DNA from: Cyanophora paradoxa CCMP329
Taxonomy: Eukaryota; Plantae; Glaucophyta
Assembly: GCA_004431415.1 (NCBI GenBank)
Contig: QPMI01000059.1
Location: 62,001-126,000, forward strand
Length of the DNA stretch: 64,000 nucleotides
Reading direction: 5' to 3'
Below, in pieces: positions 36,100 through 46,903 of the stretch. Numbering within the stretch: position 1 is the first letter of the stretch; every line of letters begins with the position of its first letter. The translations under genes were made by a program, and so were the position numbers. A model generated the notes under the pieces. The model searched no databases. It was not told where the DNA came from and was given only the letters and a program-made list of their open reading frames with translations.

Positions 36100-36366
36100 T
36101 CAATGTAGACGGTTTCCTTGGTACTCATCCCAAGCGCTGCTTACAGCCTGAGCAAATTGCTCCCCTGTCACCTCTTCAATGCTCTCCAAGCTTACCCTTT
36201 GCCCCTCAGTTGAGCGCACCACATCATAGGGAGACCCACTCCTGGATCCACTTGGGGAGGAAGATCCAATGCTGACGTCAATAGTAGTATCACAACAGCT
36301 ACACTTATAATTGCTGGTCACATGTATATGAAACATATCCAGCAATTGTTGGAGCCATTGCCACAT
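36100..36366 (-). CDS. Small hypothetical protein with amphipathic N-terminus and CSCC motif
   Basis: MWQWLQQLLDMFHIHVTSNYKCSCC...; converges neatly on the neighbouring ORF. Confidence 0.4.
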   Translation of the reverse strand: MWQWLQQLLDMFHIHVTSNYKCSCCDTTIDVSIGSSSPSGSRSGSPYDVVRSTEGQRVSLESIEEVTGEQFAQAVSSAWDEYQGNRLH

Positions 36367-36649
36367 CTTACAAGTAACAGGACAAAATAACTCAGTTGCT
36401 GCTCTCAGTGGTCAAATAATGTTTAATTGGCCTCCCTATAGGCCTCACAACATCTTTTTGTGCCCTTCGGCGATAATATGATGCCAAGGCTTGCTGTTTC
36501 TTAAACTCTCTATATTCTGGGTCTTCCCTGTATCGTTTTGGTTTGCTACAGCGCTCTTAATATAACTCTCACTAACAGGACTATCAACGGTGAACTCAAC
36601 CAGACTGATGGTATCATCCATTTATAATAGAAAAAACGTTTATTTTTTC

Positions 36650-37379
36650 TCAAAGCCAAACCCGTCGTTTATACACTGTGGGGGCTACACCTTTGTCCAC
36701 CTCAGCCTTTGTAGCACCTGGCTCAATAGTCCCCTTTTGGGTCTTTGTTTTCATTTCATCAACAGCTTGCTCATCAATTTGGTTCTCTTTCTTGGCAATA
36801 AACTGTTTATCTGGAATCCCAGTGATCCCCATTTTGAACACCTCCTTTCTTAGCATCTCCTTGAGTTTGGATCTCTCTCTCTTCTCAGTTACATATTGCT
36901 CTAAGGCACTTGATTTGGCTTCCAGATCTTTAAGCTTGGCAGTCATCTCGTCCATTGAGCCTTGGGAACTCTATGAATATTCTGGTGGGAGCAGTCTTGT
37001 ATGTGACTTCACCCGCCATAGACTGGATAACCTTGTCGGATTCTTTACTGAGACCCTCACCTTTGCGAGTGAGTGATAGATCTTGGAGCCCAAGACCTTT
37101 ATCATCAGCAGCACCTATAATTCGCCTGGCACCCTCACCCACAGCCTTCATTTTAGAAGCTTCAGGGAGATGTTGAGCTGATCACTGGTGGACGTCTGTG
37201 GGCTTTGTCATCAAAGGATTCCTCATAGGCGGCATTAAGGGATCCTCTTGCTGTTGTGAGGGCTTTATCTCATTCATTCCATTGAATTTAAGCGGGTCTG
37301 TGTTAATGGAGCCATTGTTACCACCACCTGAATAACCAACAGCCCCAGCAGGGATGCCTATTTTCCGTTTGGGGGGCAT
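36650..37379 (-). CDS. Basic hypothetical protein(s), three adjacent ORF pieces that may be one interrupted gene
   Basis: 37182-37379 (MPPKRK...) is in frame with 36930-37151 across a single TGA; 36650-36955 overlaps in another frame; MPPKRK start resembles MPPRKK of element B ORF 50609. Confidence 0.45.
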
Positions 37380-37407
37380 TGTGTCTTTATTAAAGTGAGA
37401 GATATTT

Positions 37408-38190
37408 TTATAGACCGCGTTTATATCGCATTAACTTATTACTATGAACTTGGCTTTTCACTTCTTTGCGCCCCTCTTCTTTCTCTGGTGGTTTAAGCTC
37501 ATCTTCTTTCTTCTTTGGCTTCCTGTGGAACCGTGGAAATGGGAAATCTTTGACCAAATCCGCTTTATCTACGAAATATTTCACAGAATAATCGGCGGAT
37601 GACCAAATTAGAAACTGATAGGAATGAACGTACTCTTCAAACATTTTATAGAAAACATCTTTGTCCCGCATTATATTGTATTCTTCCTCAATGGCTTCAA
37701 GCTCCTTTCGATTGGCAGCGCTCAGGAACATAGCATAATCTGAGTTGACCCGAATTGTTGATGAGACTTTCCTCAGCTTTTGTGTGATACAGATGATGGA
37801 TATTTTCGAATGTCTTCCTCTACTGTACAAGGATCCAATTATTTTGTCTCTTGTTAGGTCAACTATTTCGTTATCAATAAGATCGTCCAATACCACACAT
37901 AATTGGTTTACAGGTTCCCCCTTTTCTATTTTCTCTTGCCTTTCATCCAGCAATTTAGCAATGTAAGGGGCGTCCCATTTCCCCAATTGTAATGTTGCCA
38001 CCTTATCCCAGAAATGATTAAAGCTTGTTCCACTCACCACCAAAACGACATCAATCTTTTTGGCATCATGAAGCTGCTTGAGCCAATACTTTACAGCCTC
38101 TGATTTACCAGTAGCAGATTTGCCAATTGCCAAAACGCGGAAAGGGGGATTTATCATCTCACCAGCATTAAATTCGTCCAAGTCGCCCAT
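37408..38190 (-). CDS. A32-like (FtsK-HerA) genome-packaging ATPase of element A
   Basis: GKSATGKS (Walker A), CVVLDDL (Walker B), SRGRHSKISIICITQ, IRVNSDY. Confidence 0.93.
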   Translation of the reverse strand: MGDLDEFNAGEMINPPFRVLAIGKSATGKSEAVKYWLKQLHDAKKIDVVLVVSGTSFNHFWDKVATLQLGKWDAPYIAKLLDERQEKIEKGEPVNQLCVVLDDLIDNEIVDLTRDKIIGSLYSRGRHSKISIICITQKLRKVSSTIRVNSDYAMFLSAANRKELEAIEEEYNIMRDKDVFYKMFEEYVHSYQFLIWSSADYSVKYFVDKADLVKDFPFPRFHRKPKKKEDELKPPEKEEGRKEVKSQVHSNKLMRYKRGL

Positions 38191-38250
38191 GCTTCCTTCT
38201 ATAAAGAACCAGATAAAAATAATACGATGTGACTGAATATGGTTTATAGA

Positions 38251-39201
38251 TTAAAGACTTGATAAGAATCGATTGATACACCCCTCTATGTCAGTTTCAG
38301 TGTATGGGATTCGCAAAAGTTTAATATTGTTGGCTTCGCAGTAACGAGTTTTGATCTGGTCACGTATTTGAAGTTGCTCAAATGCTTTCTCTCCACCAAA
38401 AACTTCCACAGGTCGAAAATGTTGCTGTCCATCGTATTCAATTGCGATTTTGAGGGCTGGTATATAGAAATCGAATGGAAGAGCTTTTGTTTTGCGACAA
38501 TCTTCAAATTTGAACTGCCTTTTGTAGTCAAAACCGATTCCTTTCAAGATTGCTTCAATCTCAAGTTCACCTTTGGAGTTCTTACAGCGGGGGCATCCTA
38601 TCTTACATAAATGATTGCCGGGCTCCTGATCAAATTCATTGGAACATTTCATACACTTGATGGTCACTTTTGTCTTCTTGTTGACATACTTAACTTTTGA
38701 GTAATCATAGAGATCTCCATGGACAGCTCTGGCTTTTTCAATAAAGATCATTGTGTTATCCCGCCTATGAAACCCGTTTTGTTTCAAGAAACACACCTTA
38801 CACCCTTGCCCTCTTAAATGGGCATATGGTGCTTGTTGGAAAGTTCCATTACAATTCCTACATTTTAACTGTACTTTAGTATATGCGTTTTTATATATGA
38901 CATTTTCATAATCATACTTGTCTCCATGAACTTCAATAGATTGCTTCACAAACAAATCTTGTGGTTTTTTGCGGTCATTATGAAGTTGCTTATTTCTACA
39001 AGTAAGACACCCACCATTATTGGTGCGTTTAGCCATACAAAGATGGCTCCCAGCTTTAATCTCGAAATAGTCCTGACATGCTTTACAGAAGAGCACTACT
39101 TTTTCATTGTATGACCTGTAAACAACTCGATCATACCCAAACTTATCACCATGGGCAGCTTTGCTTTTCTCAATGAACTGATCAAGAGTTAGGGGCTTCA
39201 T
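38251..39201 (-). CDS. Zn-ribbon-repeat protein with C-terminal Vsr/PD-(D/E)XK-like endonuclease
   Basis: Three FIxxxxxxHGDxxxY...CxxC...HL...GCxxC repeats then SKGE...LPFDFYIP...IEYDGQQHF...RDQIK...LLRIPY. Confidence 0.85.
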   Translation of the reverse strand: MKPLTLDQFIEKSKAAHGDKFGYDRVVYRSYNEKVVLFCKACQDYFEIKAGSHLCMAKRTNNGGCLTCRNKQLHNDRKKPQDLFVKQSIEVHGDKYDYENVIYKNAYTKVQLKCRNCNGTFQQAPYAHLRGQGCKVCFLKQNGFHRRDNTMIFIEKARAVHGDLYDYSKVKYVNKKTKVTIKCMKCSNEFDQEPGNHLCKIGCPRCKNSKGELEIEAILKGIGFDYKRQFKFEDCRKTKALPFDFYIPALKIAIEYDGQQHFRPVEVFGGEKAFEQLQIRDQIKTRYCEANNIKLLRIPYTETDIEGCINRFLSSL

Positions 39202-39300
39202 TGTTATCTTATTGTATACACATTTTCTTTAAGTAGAAATCGATGATGAAAAAACAAATCCAATTGTGAGCAGAACAGTAAGACAAACATACATTCCTGA

Positions 39301-40671
39301 TCATAGATTAATTTTTCGGAGCCCGTCCTTGTCCACTATGATATAGCTGTGCATGAGGGCGCGAACATTGACATCAATAACCTTGTCAGTGGGCATGTAG
39401 AGAGTGAGGAATGAAGATGAAGAATTGGTCAGGTCAACATAGCCAGACTGGGCAATATTGCGAATCGCCTTCTCACCGTCAAGACAGAAACTCATACCCG
39501 AAAGAACATAGCGATCAGCAACCTTATCCATATTAGAGCATTTGAAGACATCAGCAATCAGCTCAGCACCTTTGAGGAGCGAAATTGGCTCAGTGGCATA
39601 AAGTCGCTGGCCGTTTATTTCAATTGTGAATGTGATCTCTTTGGAGTTGGAGTAGGTCTTAAGAACACTGTGGGAACCATTTGCTTTGTCAACATTAGCG
39701 TTATCGCGAACCGAGACAAGCAGAGCATAAACGAGACCTGAGATTTGAGAGAGGTTAATTCGATTGGGTTGGGCATTGCCCTTGGCAGAAAAAGCACTAG
39801 CATCTACAAATCCAATGTCTAGAGCAGGGATAGCCATGCCAGTAGTCTTTACCTTCTCAATAACAGTAGCAAAAAGCTCATCAGACACATTAACAGCATA
39901 CATGTAAAGGCGAGGAGAAGTAATTGTAATTTCAGTGCTCGGCGCACCAAGATTGAAAGTGGTGATGTTTTGGCCAACATGTGCCAGCACAGATTCAGCA
40001 GGTGCGACGCCAAGCCCATCGTCCTTGTCCCCATCAATGGCTGTGTCCCCAGCCTTAGGAAGAGTACGACCACCATAAGAAGTCTCAACATAACCCTTCC
40101 CTACATCCTTGAACCAAACAGTTACTACCATTTCACCAGACAGAGCACCAAGAGGTAGGTAGTGGTTTAGCCAAGGCACAGGAATTTCAACAAAGAATGA
40201 GCCACCAAGTCGGTTGGTTCCATGGGCGGGGATGCCGTGAAGCATGCCCATTGACCGCTTCTTTTTGGCGAGCTGATCCTCACTATAATAGACAAGAGGG
40301 AAATGAGCAAGGAAATCAGAAGGGATATGGTAGGTGTATGACCCATAGGTAATTTCAAGTCGCTGAACCAAAGCACCCACTGGGCGAGTGTACCCATTCC
40401 GAACAAGATCCGCATCACCAAAAGTGATAGCTGGAAGGTCAAAGGCAAGTTCGAGTTTGCCACAGAAATTGTAGCGAGGGAGTTTGAATGAAATGCGATT
40501 TCCAACATTATTTTCAAAAGTATTGCTCGGGTTCACAACAACAAGAACGGGCTTAGACTTGGATTCAAGACCAAGCATAAGGGAGTTATCCAGAAAGAAG
40601 GCCTTGGCCTCCTCTGGGGTTGTTAGGGCTTCTTTCAACGAAAGGCGCTGGAGGGTCGACGTAATATCCAT
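39301..40671 (-). CDS. Major capsid protein (double jelly-roll, inferred) of element A
   Basis: 456 aa, beta-rich, ISFKLPR...LELAFDLP, FVEIPVPW...YLPLGAL, GYVDLT; sits between ATPase and penton; colinear with the element B capsid. Confidence 0.78.
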   Translation of the reverse strand: MDITSTLQRLSLKEALTTPEEAKAFFLDNSLMLGLESKSKPVLVVVNPSNTFENNVGNRISFKLPRYNFCGKLELAFDLPAITFGDADLVRNGYTRPVGALVQRLEITYGSYTYHIPSDFLAHFPLVYYSEDQLAKKKRSMGMLHGIPAHGTNRLGGSFFVEIPVPWLNHYLPLGALSGEMVVTVWFKDVGKGYVETSYGGRTLPKAGDTAIDGDKDDGLGVAPAESVLAHVGQNITTFNLGAPSTEITITSPRLYMYAVNVSDELFATVIEKVKTTGMAIPALDIGFVDASAFSAKGNAQPNRINLSQISGLVYALLVSVRDNANVDKANGSHSVLKTYSNSKEITFTIEINGQRLYATEPISLLKGAELIADVFKCSNMDKVADRYVLSGMSFCLDGEKAIRNIAQSGYVDLTNSSSSFLTLYMPTDKVIDVNVRALMHSYIIVDKDGLRKINL

Positions 40672-40725
40672 GATTTTCGCTTTTATTATACTGTAACATA
40701 AAAAAATTACGAATGATCCTTGTGT

Positions 40726-41119
40726 TTACCCGAAACTCGCAATGACCGGATATGTTGGATGACTTTGCGACATCCGCATCTTAAAGTATTCATAGAGAGG
40801 GTCACCTGCTGGCTCGTCCCCATAGCGAATTTCAAATGTGAGGTGGACAGGTTGACCCTCAAAATCAATTGGTTCGTTTATAGCATTTACTATATCCACA
40901 GAGAATGTAGACAAACTCATTTTTTTGTTATAGTATTTGTAAAGTGGGTGGGATTCTGTCGAATTGTAAACCACATGCTCACCGTAGTCCTTGTCAGGAA
41001 CCACTATTTTATGGAAGTAACCAGTCAGGAGACCATCCCCACACTGAACCAGATCACCCAACTCTTTTACTCTGACAAATAAAACACTGTCCCTGGTCTT
41101 TTCAGGCTCAAACGAAGAT
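40726..41119 (-). pseudogene. 3' part of penton-like (minor capsid) gene 1 of element A, cut off by insertion of element B
   Basis: Reads SSFEPEKTRDSVLFVRVKELG...IDFEGQPVHLTFEI in frame with the 5' part at 52414-53051 once B and one TSD copy are removed. Confidence 0.88.
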
Positions 41120-41125
41120 ATAATA

Positions 41126-41369
41126 AAAAAAATGAGAGTACCCCCATCAGGGTGGGCCCGCCCTCTTTGCCACCCTCAACCCCCAAACCCACCCCTCACT
41201 CACCCACTCCAGCGCCTTCCCAGCCCTCATTCTTTCCCACTCTCTCGCTACGTCTACCGCCCTTCTCTCCCTCTGGTCTACCTCCCCTTCCATCCAGCAA
41301 CCACTAGGTAGTATCTAGTGTCTAGGTCGATCGATATTGCAAAACGATATAGCAGTGAATTGAGGCGGG
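41126..41369 (+). repeat. Left terminal inverted repeat of element B
   Basis: Reverse complement of 52171-52413 with 3 substitutions and one extra terminal A; a further ~24-bp match follows a ~30-bp insertion. Confidence 0.96.
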
Positions 41370-41542
41370 AGCGTCAGCCAGAAGGCTTCCTGCTCTTCGA
41401 GCCCAAACGCGCCGGTCTTTGAATCACCAACGGGTCACCGCAATTGAGGTTTCTCTTATTTTGTCTTAAAGAGATCCCTTTCCAATATTGCTATGTGAAG
41501 TTGCGTTTGGAACAAGCAAAAAAATTGTGATATATACTTCCA

Positions 41543-44500
41543 ATGGACGTTACCCAAAATAATGCAGCGACTCGGCGCTTCCGGTTGGCCAGAATCAAAG
41601 ACCAGATCGAAGCGCTCGCGATTTCATTGTATAATCGACGCGTCATACATGGAGCTTTCAAAAATAAATTGATTAGAATTTCAGCACAAGGGTCGAGAAC
41701 ACGGTTTGCAACTTTGGAAAAGTACGCTTCACTTTTGAACGAACTTGCAAGACTTCCTAGGTCAGCGCGTCCTGTGTCAGGTCGTCGACTAGAGCTAGCG
41801 ATTGCTGAGGGCCAGGCCGACATTGTTCGAGGGTTCTCAGAATTACCTGAGGTTGACGGTGGAGATGATGTTCAAATCAATGACAGCAATACGACTACAG
41901 CGCTTGACGGGCGATATGCGGAGTGGAAATACCAATTGCCTCGCGGTTCTGGCCGCGTAACCTCGATGCAAGCCCGATTTGAGAACAACGAACTTTTCAA
42001 ACAGAACGCAATAGCATTCGTTAGCGCCCAGGTAAATCTTGCAGAGGCGGTAAGAATGGGCATTGCACTACAAATCTCTGGATTAGCGGTATACAGAAAG
42101 CCAGAGACTGATACAACAATTGCAATCATTATTGAGCATCGTCGTTTCGATCGCATCGAGCCAGGGGCAAGCATCGAGACTGCTCTGCGCTCACAGCTGG
42201 AAGAACTAGACATTCTTGCGACAGAGAAAAGCAGGGATTCCTCAGTTTTCGACACATGGATACATCTGGTCTTTAAAACTGTGCGATACTTCCGCCGCAT
42301 GGGTGGTCGTGGACGTAGGTTCATACTCCCGCGGTGGCTTGTGGAGAAGCAGGCACTCATCAATATCGATGCTCCGAACAATGAATGCTTCAAGTATGCT
42401 GTACTTGCAGCTCAGCACGCGCTACGACCGGGCCAGGATTCACGCAGTGCTTGTCATTATCGACCGTATGAGAGCTCTTTAGACTGCACTATGCTCACAT
42501 TTCCCACCCCGCTAGATTCAAAGGTTTTCAAAAAGTTCGAGCAGGCTAACAACGTAAACCTATGTATTTATACGACAGCATTAGATGAACAGGACATTGT
42601 ACCAATCCATATCAGCGCAGCAAAAGACGCAATACCAATCTTGTATGTACCTGCAGGCAGCGACAATGATGTAGGGCATTATCTCTGGATCAAGAACATC
42701 TCACGTCTGTTTGGAAAACATGATTCTCCCGCCAAACACTATTGTCTTGCGTGTCAAACAGGTTTTAGCTCAGGTGCTGCGTTTGAGAATCATCTTAAAT
42801 ATGACCGTTGCCTCGATCGAGACGAGCATGCGAGAGATGTTCTGCCTAGAAAAGGAGCCCACATCCAGAAGTTTATTAACTATGAGTACTCAATCCGGCA
42901 ACGTCTGGTCGGATATGCTGATTCAGAGACGATTACAATGCCGATTCCCTGCATTAGTGGAAAGACCGAAAAGAAAGGTGTGCATGTGATTGCTTCAGTC
43001 GGCTGTCTGGTTGTATCTTCGAAAGGTGAACAATTTTGTTTCAAATACATGGGTTCGGAGAGCGAGGACTGCGCTGAGAAGTTCGTGCAATGGTTGGACG
43101 AAATGGAACCACAATTTCGAGAGCTCTTGCGAGAGACTGCACCAATCCAGATGACTCAGGAAGAGGAGCAGCGTTTTCAAACGAGGACCGAGTGCTACAT
43201 GTGCACGGACACGTTCAAGGATGCGAAAGACAAGCACCGCGATCACTGCCACGATTCTGGACGATACCTCGGGGCCGCCTGCAGAGCGTGCAATCGGCGT
43301 CGCGCAAAGGCAGCAGCCGTTCCAATATTCTGGCACAATGGTCGAGGATTTGACTTCCACCTGCTCGTGCGCGCTCTAGCATCTGGCTATAATCGCCGTT
43401 TAGCAGTTTGGAAGGAGTTTCAAGCACATGTCGAAAGCGAGTTTGAAAGCAAGTACGGTGGACGTGAGATGACCCCAGAGCAGAAAAAGAAGGTGAAGAA
43501 GGGGCTCGAACGCCGGCTCCGCCCGCAGAGTCTCCTTTCGATAAAATTCGATCAGTTCTTTCAGAATAGCGAGCGAATTTCGCAGTTCAAGTATGGAATT
43601 TACGTTCTACGCGACTCGGCTCAGCACTTGAATGCAAGCTTGGACGAACTAGCAAAGGCTCTGCCCGCGGAAAAGAAGAAGATCACGCGCTCGCTGCATC
43701 TGGACGAGACTCAGTTCAAGCTGATGACAGGCAAAGGCATTTACCCTTATGATTACATGACGAGCTGGGCTCGCTTTCAAGAGACTAAACTACCTGCACG
43801 TCGTTATTTCAAAAATCAGCTTAAACAGAAGAAATGCTCGAAAGATGAGTACGCACATGCCAAGGATGTTTGGCGAGAGCTCGGCTGCAGAATGCTATCA
43901 GACTATACAATGGAGTATATGATGACAGATATCACGTTACTAGCGGACGTGTTCGAAAACTATCGCGATACGTGTATTGAAACGTATGGCCTAGATCCTA
44001 GCTATTTTATGTCATCGCCGGGATTTGCTTGGCAGGCAGCACTTAAGCACACTGGAGTGAAGCTCGAGCTCTTTCACGAGGGACAGCAGGATATGCACAG
44101 ATTTATAGAATCGGGGATCAGGGGCGGAATCTCAATGATCTCAAAACGCTACGCACAAGCTGAGAACAAATATTTGAGCATAAAGTTCAACAAATACACC
44201 CACGCTGTTGAGCCTACAGTCTCACAGTCTACATGCATGTCTAACTACTACCGAACACACAAGGAATCGTGGCTCATGTACCTCGATGCAAACAACTTGT
44301 ACGGCGTCGCAATGAAGCGCAAGCTACCCACAGGAGATTTCCGCTGGGATAAACTAGATCAAGACGTCGATGTAATGCAATACGTTGCAAGCCTTGACGC
44401 GGATGGAGCTCGTGGCTATGCTCTCGAAGTCGATATGTACATGCCTGAGCATCTCCACGACGAGTTCTCAGACTATCCGCTGGCCCCTGAACGGATGTGT

Positions 44501-45601
44501 GTGTCCAAGGAACACCTATCAAAGCGACAACAGGATATGATTAACGACGAGAAGCTTACCTCAGTTGAACGAACTCCAAAGCTCGTTCCGAATCTGCTTC
44601 CAAAAAAGAATTATGTTGTTGATGGACGCTTGCTTCAGCTCTATACGTCACTGGGAATGATAGTAACCAACATCCATCGGGTCCTATCGTACGAACAAAG
44701 CGCATGGCTAGGGCGTTTCATAGATCTCAATACTCAAAAACGTAAAGAATCGCAGTTCACATACCAGAAGGACCTTTACAAGTTGATGAACAACAGTGTC
44801 TTCGGAAAGACGATGGAGAACGTGAGAAAGCACTGCTTTTCAGAGCTTGTGACTTCGGGAGACCGTCTGGTGAAGATCAACAGCGAACCAAATCGGTTGA
44901 AGCAGGTGGTGATGTACGAAGAGAACCTTGTATTCGTTTCCAAGCGCAAAAGCGAGTACAATCTGAACAAACCTATCTACTGCGGGTTCGTCATCCTCGA
45001 ACTTTCCAAGCTGCACATGTACCGCTTTTACTACCAGGTGCTCAAGCCGCTTTGGGGCCAGCGGCTGACACTATTAGGTACGGATACTGACAGTCTCATC
45101 ATCGAGGTTCGCACCAAAGATATCTATGCTGATTTACGCTCAATCAAGCATGAGCTGGATGTTAGCGACTACCCAGAGACACATCGATTCTTCGATGGCA
45201 TGACAGCCGATGAGGTTCGAGCTCTACGATCGATGGGGAAAACTCCGGGATTATTCAAGGATGAGCTCCATGGTCTGCAAATGACAGAGTGGATCGCTAA
45301 CCGGCCGAAATCTTACTATTATTCGCGTGAAGATTGCACGGACAAGCAGGTATGCAAGGGTATTCAAAAGACGTACTACAACAGACTCACAAGGGATGTA
45401 TTCCTCCGGTGCGTCTGTCCTAAAGAGGGAGAAAAGCAATCGTATGACATCAAAGGAATTCTCGGTTTCCGCTCGAAACAACATGAGATTTATTTACAAC
45501 GAACCTCGCGCCAGGCTCTCCATCCCCTTGATACCAAACGCTTCCTCGAGACTGACGGGATCAACACCCGAGCGATTGGCCATTATAAAAATCGCGCCTG
45601 A
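41543..45601 (+). CDS. polB: Protein-primed family B DNA polymerase of element B (intact exonuclease)
   Basis: YADSE (ExoI), HNGRGFD (ExoII), KGIYPY, YMMTDITLLADVFE (ExoIII), YLDANNLYG, KLMNNSVFGKT, TDTDSL, RPKSY, DTKR; NNECF...GHY OTU-like region. Confidence 0.96.
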   Translation: MDVTQNNAATRRFRLARIKDQIEALAISLYNRRVIHGAFKNKLIRISAQGSRTRFATLEKYASLLNELARLPRSARPVSGRRLELAIAEGQADIVRGFSELPEVDGGDDVQINDSNTTTALDGRYAEWKYQLPRGSGRVTSMQARFENNELFKQNAIAFVSAQVNLAEAVRMGIALQISGLAVYRKPETDTTIAIIIEHRRFDRIEPGASIETALRSQLEELDILATEKSRDSSVFDTWIHLVFKTVRYFRRMGGRGRRFILPRWLVEKQALINIDAPNNECFKYAVLAAQHALRPGQDSRSACHYRPYESSLDCTMLTFPTPLDSKVFKKFEQANNVNLCIYTTALDEQDIVPIHISAAKDAIPILYVPAGSDNDVGHYLWIKNISRLFGKHDSPAKHYCLACQTGFSSGAAFENHLKYDRCLDRDEHARDVLPRKGAHIQKFINYEYSIRQRLVGYADSETITMPIPCISGKTEKKGVHVIASVGCLVVSSKGEQFCFKYMGSESEDCAEKFVQWLDEMEPQFRELLRETAPIQMTQEEEQRFQTRTECYMCTDTFKDAKDKHRDHCHDSGRYLGAACRACNRRRAKAAAVPIFWHNGRGFDFHLLVRALASGYNRRLAVWKEFQAHVESEFESKYGGREMTPEQKKKVKKGLERRLRPQSLLSIKFDQFFQNSERISQFKYGIYVLRDSAQHLNASLDELAKALPAEKKKITRSLHLDETQFKLMTGKGIYPYDYMTSWARFQETKLPARRYFKNQLKQKKCSKDEYAHAKDVWRELGCRMLSDYTMEYMMTDITLLADVFENYRDTCIETYGLDPSYFMSSPGFAWQAALKHTGVKLELFHEGQQDMHRFIESGIRGGISMISKRYAQAENKYLSIKFNKYTHAVEPTVSQSTCMSNYYRTHKESWLMYLDANNLYGVAMKRKLPTGDFRWDKLDQDVDVMQYVASLDADGARGYALEVDMYMPEHLHDEFSDYPLAPERMCVSKEHLSKRQQDMINDEKLTSVERTPKLVPNLLPKKNYVVDGRLLQLYTSLGMIVTNIHRVLSYEQSAWLGRFIDLNTQKRKESQFTYQKDLYKLMNNSVFGKTMENVRKHCFSELVTSGDRLVKINSEPNRLKQVVMYEENLVFVSKRKSEYNLNKPIYCGFVILELSKLHMYRFYYQVLKPLWGQRLTLLGTDTDSLIIEVRTKDIYADLRSIKHELDVSDYPETHRFFDGMTADEVRALRSMGKTPGLFKDELHGLQMTEWIANRPKSYYYSREDCTDKQVCKGIQKTYYNRLTRDVFLRCVCPKEGEKQSYDIKGILGFRSKQHEIYLQRTSRQALHPLDTKRFLETDGINTRAIGHYKNRA

Positions 45602-45610
45602 TTTACAACG

Positions 45611-46561
45611 ATGTACCAGATTACTGCGCCACCGGGTGCGTGGCAAATTGACGTGCTGTTCATTGGGAGATTTCGCCTGTTCGCAGCGGTCGAGATTGCA
45701 ACCCGTTTCGCTGTGGTACGTAAGCTCGAGACTTTTAAGCAGCTTCCAAAAATGATCGAGCAGCTACCTGGAATATGGGGCTTTTCAGGAGACAACGGCT
45801 TCAACACAGCGGCAATTCGGGAAATGGCTGAAGAGAACTCGTTGAAAATGCATACTGATGTGGCTAAGGATGATCACATTTCAAAAGGCTCCAAGCTGGG
45901 AATTATCGACAGGTTCGCGAGGACATTGCGAGCACTGATTCAGACTGATACAGAAGCTCGTGGCTCCCCGCATTTCCTCTCACGTTTGCCGGCAATTGTC
46001 AAGGCGTACAATGAAACAGCCCACAGCTCTTTCGGCGGGGAGCACTCACCGAAGTGGATGCGGGAAAATACACAGGTAGCCGAGCAGCTGCATCAAGTTA
46101 GACAGCGACAGAACGATATTGAACGAGACAATTCGAACATACCGCGCACAGGGACCGAAGTGCAAGTTCTCGAGCCGAAGCCAAGCGTTTTTGCGAAGGG
46201 AACCACAAAGCCAAGCAAGGAGACGTACATAGTTGCTGGCGCTGATAAGAACCGTGTTCGACTCGTTACGAAACAGGGTGTGGAAATTTCTAGACGTGTT
46301 AAACCATCGGAAATACGTCAACCGCGTGAGCTTGCACCTCAAACACGAATCGAAAAAGAAGAAGTGCAAATGCGACAGCAGAGACGATTGAGACGTGAGG
46401 GTTTGATCGAAACGAAAAAATACAGCGGCCAAAGCCGGCAGTATCGAGAGCTCAAGAAGCTTGAGATTGCAGGGGAGCCAAAGCTACGAGCAGGTGCTAA
46501 AGCTGCATCACCTCGAGCTCTACAGAAGCTCCGCTCTTCGCGAGGCATCTACGCGCAATAG
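45611..46561 (+). CDS. rve integrase of element B
   Basis: WQIDVLF, FSGDNGF, LGIIDRFARTLR, YNETAHSS, FAKG. Confidence 0.85.
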   Translation: MYQITAPPGAWQIDVLFIGRFRLFAAVEIATRFAVVRKLETFKQLPKMIEQLPGIWGFSGDNGFNTAAIREMAEENSLKMHTDVAKDDHISKGSKLGIIDRFARTLRALIQTDTEARGSPHFLSRLPAIVKAYNETAHSSFGGEHSPKWMRENTQVAEQLHQVRQRQNDIERDNSNIPRTGTEVQVLEPKPSVFAKGTTKPSKETYIVAGADKNRVRLVTKQGVEISRRVKPSEIRQPRELAPQTRIEKEEVQMRQQRRLRREGLIETKKYSGQSRQYRELKKLEIAGEPKLRAGAKAASPRALQKLRSSRGIYAQ

Positions 46562-46841
46562 CATTCCTGTGGTACTCCCGGATCCGATCAGGATTCTCAG
46601 CTCGATACTTCGCTGTGATGGCAAGCTGTTTCAAACGGTATGTTTCGTTCGTGTGGCGCAGTTTGCGATTGCGTTCAGCATTCTTTCTGCGTCGCTCTGC
46701 TAAAATCTCCGGGGTGACCTCGATCGGTTTAGGACCCTTCTTCTTCGGCTGATAAGGCTCCATTGTTAAAAGACGAACCTTAGGAGGTCGCCCACGGCCA
46801 CGTTTAACCGCAGCGCAATCCGCAGTAATTGCAGAAGTCAT
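46497..46841 (-). CDS. Small basic AT-hook protein
   Basis: KRGRGRPPK AT-hook followed by Arg/Lys-rich helix. Confidence 0.6.
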   Translation of the reverse strand: MTSAITADCAAVKRGRGRPPKVRLLTMEPYQPKKKGPKPIEVTPEILAERRRKNAERNRKLRHTNETYRLKQLAITAKYRAENPDRIREYHRNAIARRCLAKSGASVELEVMQL

Positions 46842-46903
46842 TGTTCGGCTTGTCTCTCAATAATAAGAGACATAAATCCTTTTAAGACAAATTAGCGCGA
46901 CTT

